A DNA stretch of 64,000 nt from Oscillospiraceae bacterium (GTDB taxonomy: Bacteria; Bacillota; Clostridia; Oscillospirales; Ruminococcaceae), in NCBI GenBank assembly GCA_017468365.1, contig JAFUIS010000019.1:11009-75008 (forward strand). Direction: 5' to 3'. Below are positions 34,218 to 43,692 of this stretch, in pieces. The position numbers and the translations under genes are program-made. How positions within the stretch are numbered: position 1 is the stretch's first letter; each line of letters opens with the position of its first letter. The notes beneath the pieces are model-generated. The model worked only from the letters and a program-made list of their open reading frames with translations. It was not told where the DNA came from and did not search any database.

Positions 34218-35311
34218 CTTTCCACCGTAAAATGATCGCCGACTCTTATTTCGTCAAGATAGCTGTCGTCGATGCTTGCTTCATCAAAAGTTGCCATTTC
34301 GTTCATTATTGCATATGCCGCATCGAGCACGCGGAACATTATGGGACAGCCGCTTCCCTCTCCAAGGCGCATTTTCATAAGAAGAGGTGCTTCAAGTTCC
34401 AGTTCTTTAAGCGCATAAATATATCCGGGTTCAAAAGAAGCGTGGGAAGCAATAAGATAATCCTTTACTGCGGGACAAAGTTTTGCGGCACAAAGAGCCG
34501 CAACTACAGAAATAAATCCGTCTATGACAACGGGAATACGGTGTTCGGCAGCCCCGAGGAAAACTCCGCACATCGCAGCGATATCAAGTCCGCCTACTTT
34601 TGAAAGTACATCAATAGGGTCATTTGCGTTGGGTTTATGCTTTTCGATAGCTCCGTCAATGACTTCGATTTTGTGAAGATAGGCTTCATCAAGAAGCCCG
34701 CCGCCTTTTCCTGCGGTGGTCTTTGCGGGAATTCCGGTAAAAGCGGAAAGTACAGCGGAAGAAGTGGTGGTGTTTCCTATTCCCATTTCTCCTACGCCGA
34801 TGGCATCAACGCCGTCTTCAAAGCATTTATCTGCCATTTCAAGACCAACACAGATTGCTTTTTCGGCTTCTTCTTTTGTCATCGCGGGTTCGATATAAAG
34901 GTTTTTAGTGCCATAGGCAATTTTTCTGTTAATTACTGCAGGGCAGTTATAATCGCTCATAACGCCGACATCAACGACGACTATCTCGTCGCCGAAATGT
35001 TTTGCAAGCGAAGAAGCGCCTGTCATTCCACGGGTAAGGTTTATTGTCTGGGAAAGAGTGACCGATTGCGGAGTGCAGGAAACGCCTTCGTCACATACAC
35101 CATTGTCTGCGCAAAGAACGATAATACGGCATTTTTCGGCCTTATTATGTATTTTTCCGGTCATTCCGGCAACTCTTATTGAAAGATCTTCAAGAAAACC
35201 AAGGCTTCCGGGAGGTTTTGCAAGTTCCGCCTGGCGTTCTTTTGCTTTTGTCATAACCTCTTTGTCAGCGGGTTTTACACAGGATATGGCTTTTGCGATT
35301 CTTTCGTTCAA
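34214..35311 (-). CDS. cobT: nicotinate-nucleotide--dimethylbenzimidazole phosphoribosyltransferase
   Basis: 365 aa; GEMGIGNTT motif. Confidence 0.9.
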   Translation of the reverse strand: MNERIAKAISCVKPADKEVMTKAKERQAELAKPPGSLGFLEDLSIRVAGMTGKIHNKAEKCRIIVLCADNGVCDEGVSCTPQSVTLSQTINLTRGMTGASSLAKHFGDEIVVVDVGVMSDYNCPAVINRKIAYGTKNLYIEPAMTKEEAEKAICVGLEMADKCFEDGVDAIGVGEMGIGNTTTSSAVLSAFTGIPAKTTAGKGGGLLDEAYLHKIEVIDGAIEKHKPNANDPIDVLSKVGGLDIAAMCGVFLGAAEHRIPVVIDGFISVVAALCAAKLCPAVKDYLIASHASFEPGYIYALKELELEAPLLMKMRLGEGSGCPIMFRVLDAAYAIMNEMATFDEASIDDSYLDEIRVGDHFTVER

Positions 35312-35401
35312 ATAATCACTTCCAATCTAAAAATACATCTTAATTGTACCACATATCCACGTTAAATTCCATAGTAATATAATAATAAGCAAAACAGGAA
35401 T

Positions 35402-35431
35402 ATAAAACAGCGTGCTCATTTGAGCACGCTG
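35402..35431 (-). terminator. terminator overlapping the radical SAM gene stop
   Basis: CAGCGTGCTCA-aa-TGAGCACGCTG then TTTTAT on the minus strand. Confidence 0.7.
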
Positions 35432-36402
35432 TTTATATAGTTATCGATTTCGGTATCGTATTCCACTTCGTGAGAAGCTGATTTTTCAAGTATGTGCTCG
35501 TCTGCTTTTTTAAGAAGTTCGATATATCCGAAAAACTTTTCATCCATGGGGATTTTAAGGCTTTCATAAGCTTTTCCAAAGATAAAAGGATTGGACATAT
35601 TGTAAGAAAAACTCATATCGCCGTTTGGCCGCACACAAACCGAATGCCAGCAAAGCGAATAAAGCGGATTGTTTTTATATTCGTTTATCGATTCTTCTAT
35701 CTGTTCGCGGCAAAGGATATTGTCATCGCCAGCACAGAACGGGTATTTTTCGCAAAGTTCGCTGAGCTTTTTATGAAAATCTTCAAAGTGTTCGCAAGGA
35801 ACGATAAGGTTTTTGTTTTCTTCTTTTTCCGCTTCGGATTTACAGCCGAGGCTTGCAATGGGCGTGATTTTTACAGAACAATTCTGAAAACCGGAAAAAA
35901 GTTTAAGAATATCTTCCGCATCATCAAGATAGTCATTGCAAAGGGTCGATTGAACGAAAGTGGGTATTCCCTTTTCGTCAAAAAATCTGACCGCATTTAT
36001 TGCCGCATCAAAACTGTCTTTGCCGCAGATTGCCCTATGTTTTTCCGCAGTTGAGCCGAGAATACTTGTGAAATACTCTTCAAGACAGCGGTAAGATGCG
36101 AGTTTTTCAAGGCGCTCCTTGTTCATTCCAAGGCTGTTGGAAGCAAAAGTGAAACGAAGTTTAAGCGCTTCAAGACAATCGAGTAATTCAAAAACATCGC
36201 TTCGCATAAGCGGTTCGCCGCCGGTAAAAATAACGTATCTTCCGCCCTGGGCTTTGAATTCCGCAAAAATTTGCTTTATTTGCTCGGTCGTCATTTCTGC
36301 ACATTTTTTGTGGATACCGCCGTCAAGGTAACAATGTCTGCAATGCTGGTTGCAGGCATGGGTGACTTCGATATAGAGACTGTTGAGTTTATAAAATTCC
36401 AT
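35416..36402 (-). CDS. radical SAM protein with Cys-rich (SPASM/twitch-like) C-terminal region, substrate unknown
   Basis: Start at MEFYKLN; CNQHCRHC cluster motif, GGEPL, later CEHF..CEKYPFC..C..C..C cysteines. Confidence 0.75.
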   Translation of the reverse strand: MEFYKLNSLYIEVTHACNQHCRHCYLDGGIHKKCAEMTTEQIKQIFAEFKAQGGRYVIFTGGEPLMRSDVFELLDCLEALKLRFTFASNSLGMNKERLEKLASYRCLEEYFTSILGSTAEKHRAICGKDSFDAAINAVRFFDEKGIPTFVQSTLCNDYLDDAEDILKLFSGFQNCSVKITPIASLGCKSEAEKEENKNLIVPCEHFEDFHKKLSELCEKYPFCAGDDNILCREQIEESINEYKNNPLYSLCWHSVCVRPNGDMSFSYNMSNPFIFGKAYESLKIPMDEKFFGYIELLKKADEHILEKSASHEVEYDTEIDNYINSVLK

Positions 36403-36412
36403 TTTGAATACC

Positions 36413-36444
36413 TTTATAAAATGGCTCCGCAAAAACGGAGCCAT
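36413..36444 (-). terminator. terminator after tyrS
   Basis: ATGGCTCCG-tttttg-CGGAGCCAT then TTTTAT (minus strand). Confidence 0.75.
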
Positions 36445-36450
36445 AAATTT

Positions 36451-37671
36451 TTATTCGATGATAAGTTTTTTAAAGATTTTTTTGCCTTTTTTAAGGATTA
36501 CTTCGCCGTCGAATGCGCTTCTTTCAATGGTTGCAAAAACGTCGGTGATTTTTTCATCATTAACTGTGATTCCGCCCTGTTCGATAAGACGTTTGCCTTC
36601 GCCTTTGGATTTTGCGATTTCTGCTCTGATAAGAGCTTCGGTAACTGCAAGTTTTCCATCGTTGAAATCAGCTTCGGAGAAAGAAACGGTGGGCATGTTT
36701 TCGCTGGAACCGCTGCCGGCAAAAATTGCTCTTGCGGCTTCAAGAGCTTTGTCAGCTTCTGCTTCGCCGTGAACGATTTTGGTTACCTCGTAAGCAAGGC
36801 GTTCTTTGCAGGCGTTGATGTTTGCGCCTTCAAAAGTTTTTTCCATTTCTTCGATTTCCTCAACAGGAATGAAAGTAAGGAATTTGAGGCATTTGATAAC
36901 GTCATCGTCGCCTACGTTTCTCCAATACTGGAAGAAATCGTAAGGAGTGGTCTTGGTGGGGTTGAGCCAAACTGCGCCGCCCTCGGTTTTGCCCATTTTT
37001 TTGCCTTCTTTGGTGGTAAGAAGCTGGAAGGTCATGCCCTGAACTTCTTTCTGTTCAAGACGGCGAACAAGTTCGATACCGCCGATGATGTTGGACCACT
37101 GGTCATCGCCGCCGAGTTCCATGGTGCAGTTATAATCACGGAAGAGTTTAAGGAAGTCGTAGCTCTGCATGATCATGTAGTTGAATTCAAGGAAAGTAAG
37201 TCCGCGTTCAAAACGGCTCTTAACGCATTCAGCGGTGAGCATTTTGTTTACGGAGAAATGTGCGCCGACGTCGCGGAGAAGTTCAACGTATCCGAGTTTA
37301 AGAAGCCAGTCGCCGTTTCTCGCAACTATGCATTTGGAAACGTCAACGATCTGGTTCATCTGTTCAAGGAAGCGGTCTGCATTATAGTTGATCTCGTCAA
37401 CGGTAAGCATCTTTCTCATATCGGTTTTGCCGGTGGGGTCACCGACCATGGTGGTACCGGTACCGAGAAGAAGAATCGGGGTGTGTCCTGCTTTGATCAT
37501 TCTGTTGATGACCATAAGCTGAAGGAAGTGTCCTACGTGAAGGCTGTCTGCGGTTGCATCGAAGCCGATGTAGAAAACTACTTTTTCGTTTTCAAGTTTA
37601 CGTTTGATTTCTTCGGGATGAGTCATCTGGGCAATAAGGCCGCGGCGCTCAAGATCTTCATAAATAGTCAT
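36451..37671 (-). CDS. tyrS: tyrosine--tRNA ligase
   Basis: HVGH (HIGH) and KMGKT (KMSKS) motifs, C-terminal S4 domain. Confidence 0.95.
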   Translation of the reverse strand: MTIYEDLERRGLIAQMTHPEEIKRKLENEKVVFYIGFDATADSLHVGHFLQLMVINRMIKAGHTPILLLGTGTTMVGDPTGKTDMRKMLTVDEINYNADRFLEQMNQIVDVSKCIVARNGDWLLKLGYVELLRDVGAHFSVNKMLTAECVKSRFERGLTFLEFNYMIMQSYDFLKLFRDYNCTMELGGDDQWSNIIGGIELVRRLEQKEVQGMTFQLLTTKEGKKMGKTEGGAVWLNPTKTTPYDFFQYWRNVGDDDVIKCLKFLTFIPVEEIEEMEKTFEGANINACKERLAYEVTKIVHGEAEADKALEAARAIFAGSGSSENMPTVSFSEADFNDGKLAVTEALIRAEIAKSKGEGKRLIEQGGITVNDEKITDVFATIERSAFDGEVILKKGKKIFKKLIIE

Positions 37672-37957
37672 TTTGGGTTCCTCCGTTTTTATCTGAATCT
37701 AATTTTTTATAAAATAAAAACCCTCCGTCGGCAAAAACCGACAGAGGGCGAATTAGCGCGGTACCACCTCTGGTTCGTCAGTGAAACTGACCTTTAAAAC
37801 GCTGTAACCGGCGCACCGGATAAAACCTACTGTTATTTCGGAATTACGGCTCGGGAATGTATTCGCAACTTTTCTGCCCGCTTTCTTACACCGACCGAAA
37901 GCTCTCTTTGCCGCATGGAAAAGTGCTACTTTTTTCCTTCATAGCTTTTTGCAATAT
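37672..37957 (-). promoter_or_regulatory. T-box leader (Tyr specifier) controlling tyrS
   Basis: Minus strand carries AACCAGAGGTGGTACCGCG (T-box), terminator CCCTCTGTCGG-ttttt-GCCGACGGAGGG plus T-run, and GCGAATACATTCCC with UAC as the likely specifier. Confidence 0.85.
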
Positions 37958-37963
37958 GTTTGG

Positions 37964-37992
37964 ATTATACCTTAACAAAAAGGTTTTGTCAA
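37964..37992 (-). promoter_or_regulatory. consensus sigma-A promoter of the tyrS T-box leader
   Basis: Minus strand TTGACA, 17-nt spacer, TATAAT. Confidence 0.75.
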
Positions 37993-37994
37993 CC

Positions 37995-39653
37995 TTATTT
38001 TGAAAGCTCCAAAAGTTCCTCGGCACTCTTTCTGAGCGCTTCGGTCATAGTGCCTCCCATAATTCTTGCCAGTTCGTTTACCCTTCCTTCCTTATCAAGG
38101 CTTTCGACGGAAGTGAAAGTTCTTCCATTTTCGGTGCTCTTGGAAATAAGAAGGTGGTTGTCGGCATAAGCCGCGACCTGAGCAAGATGAGTGACACAAA
38201 TTATCTGGCGTCCGCCGGAAACCTGTTTGAGCTTCTGCCCTACTTTTTGTGCGGCAGAACCGGAAATTCCGGTATCGACCTCGTCGAAAATAAGGGTATC
38301 GACGTTGTCTTTATCAGCAAGAACGTTTTTGATACTGAGCATTATGCGGGAAAGTTCACCGCCGGAAGCGATTTTTGTAAGGGGTTTGAGCGGGTCGCCG
38401 GCATTGGTGGCAATATAAAATTCAATATTGTCACAACCGGATTCGCAGAAATCCGTTTTCTCAAAATTAACGCTGAAACGAACGTTTGGCATGTTGAGAT
38501 AAGAAAGTTCGTCAAGAACGGCCGTTTCAAAAGCCTTGGCGGCTTTGCAGCGCTTTTCAGTGAGGCGAGCGGCAAGTTCTTCGGTTTTGGCAAAACGTTC
38601 TTTACGCTCTTTCTGAAGCTTTTCAAGACGTTCTTCGGAAAACTCGATGTTTTCAAGCTCGTTTACCGCTTTTTCATAATATTTAAACATTTCCTCAACG
38701 CTGCCGCCGTATTTGCGTTTAATACGGAAAATCTGGTCAAGACGGCGCTCGGTACGGTTCTGAAGAGCGGGGTCAAAATCAAGTTCATCTGCGTTTTCTT
38801 TGATATCGTTTGCAAATTCCTCAAATTCATAATACATCTCTTTGAATTTTTCGGAAAGTCCGGCATACTGCGGGAAAAATTCCGCAAGTCTTGCGCTGTT
38901 TTCGATAGCGGTTTCCATGCCTTCAAGAGCACCGGTGCCGTTTTCATTTCCGTCAAGGGCTGAAACGGTTTCGGAAATCAGTTCCATGATATTTTCGGAA
39001 CTTTTGATGCGTTTGCTAAGGGCGAGAAGTTCTTCCTCTTCCCCTTCTTCAATTGCGGCCGCTTCGATCTCTCCAACTTGGAATTTGAGCATATCTATCC
39101 TTGCGGATTTATCGGAATCGTCCATGGTTATCTTTTTGATCTCGCGTTCGAGATTTTTGAGAAGTTTATAGGATTCGTGATAATCAGAGATTTCATTTTC
39201 GGTGTTGCCGAAAGAATCAATATAACCGATATGAAGTTCGGGATTTTGCAAAATTGCACTGTCGTGCTGACCGTGAACATCTATAAGCACGGAGGAAAGC
39301 TGTTTGAGCACGCCTGCGGTGGCGGGTCTCATATTGACCTTGCAAACGCTTTTTCCTTCGGAAGAAATTTCGCGGGAAATCATAAGTTCGTCTTCAACGT
39401 CATAGCCGAGTTCGGAAAGAAGATTTTCGGCTTCTTTTGAAATATCGGTAAAAACCGCGGAAACATGCGCTTTTTCTTCACCTGTACGGACAAGGTCGCG
39501 GCTTGTTCTTCCACCGAGCACCGCATTTATTGAGTCGATAAGGATGGATTTACCTGCGCCGGTCTCACCGGTAAAAACGTTGAACCCGTTTTCAAAATCT
39601 ATTGAAGCGCTTTCGATTATCGCTACGTTTTTTATAAAAAGCTGGGAAAGCAA
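37995..39653 (-). CDS. recN: DNA repair protein RecN
   Basis: 552 aa SMC-like; Walker A GETGAGKS, signature ASGGELSR, Walker B LIFDEVD. Confidence 0.95.
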   Translation of the reverse strand: MLSQLFIKNVAIIESASIDFENGFNVFTGETGAGKSILIDSINAVLGGRTSRDLVRTGEEKAHVSAVFTDISKEAENLLSELGYDVEDELMISREISSEGKSVCKVNMRPATAGVLKQLSSVLIDVHGQHDSAILQNPELHIGYIDSFGNTENEISDYHESYKLLKNLEREIKKITMDDSDKSARIDMLKFQVGEIEAAAIEEGEEEELLALSKRIKSSENIMELISETVSALDGNENGTGALEGMETAIENSARLAEFFPQYAGLSEKFKEMYYEFEEFANDIKENADELDFDPALQNRTERRLDQIFRIKRKYGGSVEEMFKYYEKAVNELENIEFSEERLEKLQKERKERFAKTEELAARLTEKRCKAAKAFETAVLDELSYLNMPNVRFSVNFEKTDFCESGCDNIEFYIATNAGDPLKPLTKIASGGELSRIMLSIKNVLADKDNVDTLIFDEVDTGISGSAAQKVGQKLKQVSGGRQIICVTHLAQVAAYADNHLLISKSTENGRTFTSVESLDKEGRVNELARIMGGTMTEALRKSAEELLELSK

Positions 39654-39686
39654 GCCGCAGGTCCCCTCCTTTCAGCAAAAGTAAAA

Positions 39687-40136
39687 TCAGCCGATGAGTT
39701 TTTTTATGTTTTCGGTAAGAGCTACCGCCATTTTTTCATCGCGCATAAGTACAAATATGGTGTCATCACCGGCAAGAGTTCCGACGACGCCTTCATGATT
39801 CATTGCGTCAAGAACAGCGCAGGCTGCGTTTGCCATACCGGTATAGCATTTGATAACGATCATGTTGTTTGCATAGTCAACGCTTTTTGCGGACTGGTTG
39901 AAAACAGCGTGTTTTGTACTTACGTCGGTATTTGCGTCGTTTGCCGCAGGAGTATAGCGGTATTTTCCGTCGCTGACCATGGTTTTGACAAGGCGAAGTT
40001 CTTTGATATCGCGGGAAACGGTAGCCTGGGTCACGTCAAAACCGCTTTCACGAAGATAAATAAGAAGATCTTCCTGAGTAGCAATGTCTTTTTCGGATAT
40101 GAGTTCTAGAATTTTGGAATGACGTTTTGTTTTCAT
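39687..40136 (-). CDS. argR: arginine repressor
   Basis: 149 aa; winged-helix N-domain (TQATVSRDIKEL), C-terminal GTLAGDDT motif. Confidence 0.9.
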   Translation of the reverse strand: MKTKRHSKILELISEKDIATQEDLLIYLRESGFDVTQATVSRDIKELRLVKTMVSDGKYRYTPAANDANTDVSTKHAVFNQSAKSVDYANNMIVIKCYTGMANAACAVLDAMNHEGVVGTLAGDDTIFVLMRDEKMAVALTENIKKLIG

Positions 40137-40149
40137 GACATTTATCCCC

Positions 40150-41028
40150 TTATCTTCTTCCTATAATTTTTTGGTTGAGGATCTCATAAAATCCTCTTCC
40201 GGAAAGGTTTACGAATTTAATGAATTTATCGGAACTTTTTACGGCGATTTTCTGATCTTTTTCAAGAGTGAAAACTTTTTCGCCGTCGACAACTACGTCA
40301 AGAGCTTTTTCACCGCCGCTGAAAGAAGAACCGACAGTAATAAGCTTTTCGGGAGAAAATACTACCGAACAGGAAATCAGCGAGTGCGGACAGACCGGAG
40401 TCATAATTATCGCGTTGAGATTGGTATCAAGAACCGGGCCGCCTGCGGACATGGAATATGCAGTGGAGCCGTCGGGAGTCGCAATTACGATTCCGTCGGC
40501 GCGGTAACGGCAAACTTCGTGGCCGTTGCATTCGACAAAAAGCTCGGCGGTTTTTCCGGGCTGGTTTTTTCCGACAAAAACATCGTTTATGGCAAAAGTG
40601 GTTTTTTCGCCGTTTTCAACTTCAAGAATGTTACGCTTTTCAATGGGACAGTATTCTTTTATAAGCTTTTCTGCCATTGAAATGCTTTCGGATTCGATAT
40701 CGGAAAGAAAGCCTAATCTTCCGGCGTTGATTCCGATTATGGGTTTATCGAATTTTACCGCATACTTGGCTGCTCTGAGGATAGTTCCGTCGCCGCCGAT
40801 GATGAACACCATATCCGTTTCGCAAAGGATTTCTTCCGGCGCGGAAAATTTAACGTATTCGGAAGAAATAAACTCTTTTGCCTGAGGAACCAGATAGGTT
40901 TCGATTTTGTTTTTTTCAAATAGTTTAATAAGTTTTTCAGTACATGGAAAAACGTTAGGTCTTGCAAGGTTTGCAAAAATGAAAACTTTTGATTTTCCCT
41001 TGCGAAGCTTGATTTTTTCTTCTTTCAA
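40150..41028 (-). CDS. nadK: NAD(+) kinase
   Basis: GGDGT motif (IIGGDGTIL). TTG start at 41028 sits 8 nt after GGAGGG; the track ATG at 41079 would overlap tlyA by 32 nt. Confidence 0.85.
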   Translation of the reverse strand: MKEEKIKLRKGKSKVFIFANLARPNVFPCTEKLIKLFEKNKIETYLVPQAKEFISSEYVKFSAPEEILCETDMVFIIGGDGTILRAAKYAVKFDKPIIGINAGRLGFLSDIESESISMAEKLIKEYCPIEKRNILEVENGEKTTFAINDVFVGKNQPGKTAELFVECNGHEVCRYRADGIVIATPDGSTAYSMSAGGPVLDTNLNAIIMTPVCPHSLISCSVVFSPEKLITVGSSFSGGEKALDVVVDGEKVFTLEKDQKIAVKSSDKFIKFVNLSGRGFYEILNQKIIGRR

Positions 41029-41047
41029 ACCGGAATCCCTCCTTTCT

Positions 41048-41854
41048 TTAATCGAGTTCGTTGTGGGAAGATTCCACAAGATTTTTGATTTCTTCGGAAG
41101 TTACGCAAAGTTCCGGTTCTTTTCTGGTTAGTACCATGAGGTATTCTATGTTGCCCTGAGGTCCTTTTATAGGAGAAAATTCAAGTCCAACAATGCCGAA
41201 ACCGGCGTTTTTTGCAAAACCGACAGCTCTTTCAAGAACTTCCATATGGGTTGCGGGGTCTCTTACAACGCCGTGTTTTCCAACTTTATCTTTTCCGGCT
41301 TCGAACTGGGGTTTTACAAGACAGACCATCATGGCTTCGTCTGAAAGGAACGGAACAAGAACCGGAATAACAAGTCCGAGAGAGATGAACGAAACGTCGA
41401 TACTTACGAAGTCAACGACATCCGGAACCTGCTCGGAAGTGATATAGCGAACGTTGGTCCTTTCAAGGTTAACTACCCTTTCGTCCTGACGCAGCTTCCA
41501 TGCAAGCTGGCCGTAACCTACGTCGATGGAATAGACCTTGGTTGCGCCTTTCTGGAGCATGCAATCGGTAAATCCGCCGGTGGAAGCACCTACATCCATG
41601 CATATTTTGTTATCGAGTTTAAAGCCATAAAGTTCCATGGCTTTTTCAAGTTTAAGTCCGCCGCGGCTTACGTATTTAAGGTTTTCACCGCGGAATTCAA
41701 TTTTATCTTCCGGGGTGACAGATTCGCCCGCTTTGTCGGCTTTCTGGTTGTTAACATAAACCTGTCCCGCCATAATAGCCGCTTTTGCCTGTTCACGGCT
41801 TTGAATTATTCCTCTTGCAACAAGTTCTGCGTCAAGACGCTGTTTTTCACTCAT
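41048..41854 (-). CDS. tlyA: TlyA-family rRNA 2'-O-methyltransferase
   Basis: N-terminal S4 domain, SAM motif DVGASTGGFTD. Confidence 0.9.
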   Translation of the reverse strand: MSEKQRLDAELVARGIIQSREQAKAAIMAGQVYVNNQKADKAGESVTPEDKIEFRGENLKYVSRGGLKLEKAMELYGFKLDNKICMDVGASTGGFTDCMLQKGATKVYSIDVGYGQLAWKLRQDERVVNLERTNVRYITSEQVPDVVDFVSIDVSFISLGLVIPVLVPFLSDEAMMVCLVKPQFEAGKDKVGKHGVVRDPATHMEVLERAVGFAKNAGFGIVGLEFSPIKGPQGNIEYLMVLTRKEPELCVTSEEIKNLVESSHNELD

Positions 41855-43680
41855 TTCAAAGCCTCCTTTACAGTGTTTATCATTGAGTCACGGTCAAGAC
41901 CGTGGATTTTCATTGCATTTTCTACTTTCATGTGAGGTACAAAACCCGAAACGCAATGGATTTTATAGTTTCCTTCAAATCCGTTTTCAAAAAGTTTTGC
42001 GCCGAGATGTTCGGCGATGCTTCCGTATTTGACGGATTCTTCAAAGAAATATACGTTTTTATAATTTTTGCAGATTTCGACGATATTATTTTCTATCGGA
42101 AAGACTTTTCCGAGTTTAAGAACGGAAGCGCCGGTTTCTTTCGATGCAGCGGCTGCTTCGGTAAAAAGTCTTCCGTAAGTGATGATAAGAGAGTCGCTGT
42201 TTTTATCAAAATAGTTATAATCGCCATATTCAGCGCAAAACTCTTCGGGAACTTTCCTTTCGCAGTCACGGGGATATCTTACTGCCTGAACGCCGCTTCC
42301 ATCAAAAGCTTTTTTGAGAGAAGAACGAAGTTCATCATAATCCGCGGGGCAGTAAATAACCGTTCCCGGAATGGAAGTGAGTATCGGAATATCAAAAGTT
42401 CCCTGATGGGTCTCGCCGTCGCCGCCGACAATTCCTGCGCGGTCGATTCCAAGTACCACGTGTTTGGGTTCAATGGAAGCATCGTGGAGAACCTGGTCAT
42501 ATGCCCTTTGGAGAAAAGTCGAATAAACGGCAAAGACCGGCTTCATGCCTCCTGCAGCAAGACCGGCGGCAAAAGTCATGGCGTGTTCTTCGGCAATGCC
42601 TACGTCAAAGAAGCGCTCCGGGTGTTTTTCGGAAAATTCTTTAAGACCCGTTCCTTCTGCCATAGCCGCAGTTATTGCACAGATTTTTTCGTCTTTTTCC
42701 GCGAATTCACAGATTATTTTTCCGAATTCATGAGAGAAAGAATCGGAAGATGCTTTTTTGAGTTCGCCGTTTTCTTTATAAAAAGGTGCAACGCCGTGGA
42801 ATTTGGAAGGATTTTCTTCCGCGGGAAGATAGCCTTTTCCTTTAACGGTGTTTACGTGAACGAGAACAGGTTTTTTGATGCTTTGAGCACGGCGAAGAGT
42901 CCTTATGAGCATTTCAATATCATGTCCGTCAACGGGACCGATATAGGTGAAACCAAAATGCTCAAAGGTGTTGCTCGAATAGAACATATCCTTGAAAAAA
43001 GTCTTTACGGAACGAAGAACCGTAAAAATGCTTTTTCCTATAAGCGGGATTTTAACAAGAGTGTGCTCAAGATTGTCTTTAAAGCGGAAATATCCCTCTT
43101 TGGAGCGAATGTTCGCAAGATATTTTGCCATTGCGCCTACGTTTGGAGAAATGCTCATTTCGTTGTCATTGAGCACCACAACGAGATTTGTTCCGCTTCT
43201 TCCGGCGTTGTTCATTGCCTCAAAAACCATTCCGCCGGATGCGGCTCCGTCGCCGACAACGGCAACAACAGAATTATCGTCCCCGGATATTTTTTTTGCC
43301 TGTGCAATGCCAAGAGCAGCGGAAACGGAAGTGCTTGCGTGTCCTGCAACAAAAATGTCGTGCTCGCTTTCTGCGGATTTAGGAAATCCGGAAAGACCGT
43401 TTTCGGTACGGATTCCGGTGATATCGCGTCCGGTAAGGATTTTGTGAGCATAGCACTGATGTCCTACGTCCCAGATTATGGGCTCATTGGGAGAATCAAA
43501 CACGTAATGAAGTGCAACGGTAAGCTCGATTGCTCCGAGATTCGAAGCAAGATGACCTCCGGTTTCGGAAACCTTATCGGTGATCTCATCGCGAAGTTCC
43601 TTGCAAAGCAATTTGAGCTGTTCGCTATTAAGTTTTTTAACGTCGCTTGCCAGCTTGATGCTTTCAAGAATTTTTCCCAT
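41851..43680 (-). CDS. dxs: 1-deoxy-D-xylulose-5-phosphate synthase
   Basis: 609 aa; GGHLASNLG, ThDP motif GDGA...NDN. Confidence 0.95.
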   Translation of the reverse strand: MGKILESIKLASDVKKLNSEQLKLLCKELRDEITDKVSETGGHLASNLGAIELTVALHYVFDSPNEPIIWDVGHQCYAHKILTGRDITGIRTENGLSGFPKSAESEHDIFVAGHASTSVSAALGIAQAKKISGDDNSVVAVVGDGAASGGMVFEAMNNAGRSGTNLVVVLNDNEMSISPNVGAMAKYLANIRSKEGYFRFKDNLEHTLVKIPLIGKSIFTVLRSVKTFFKDMFYSSNTFEHFGFTYIGPVDGHDIEMLIRTLRRAQSIKKPVLVHVNTVKGKGYLPAEENPSKFHGVAPFYKENGELKKASSDSFSHEFGKIICEFAEKDEKICAITAAMAEGTGLKEFSEKHPERFFDVGIAEEHAMTFAAGLAAGGMKPVFAVYSTFLQRAYDQVLHDASIEPKHVVLGIDRAGIVGGDGETHQGTFDIPILTSIPGTVIYCPADYDELRSSLKKAFDGSGVQAVRYPRDCERKVPEEFCAEYGDYNYFDKNSDSLIITYGRLFTEAAAASKETGASVLKLGKVFPIENNIVEICKNYKNVYFFEESVKYGSIAEHLGAKLFENGFEGNYKIHCVSGFVPHMKVENAMKIHGLDRDSMINTVKEALK

Positions 43681-43692
43681 TTTGTTTCTCCG

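Noticed and set aside
35312-35415. Expected cobalamin riboswitch upstream of cobT
   Set aside because: Only ~100 nt are available, and no B12-box-like sequence or multi-stem structure was recognisable by eye. A covariance-model scan is needed for certainty.
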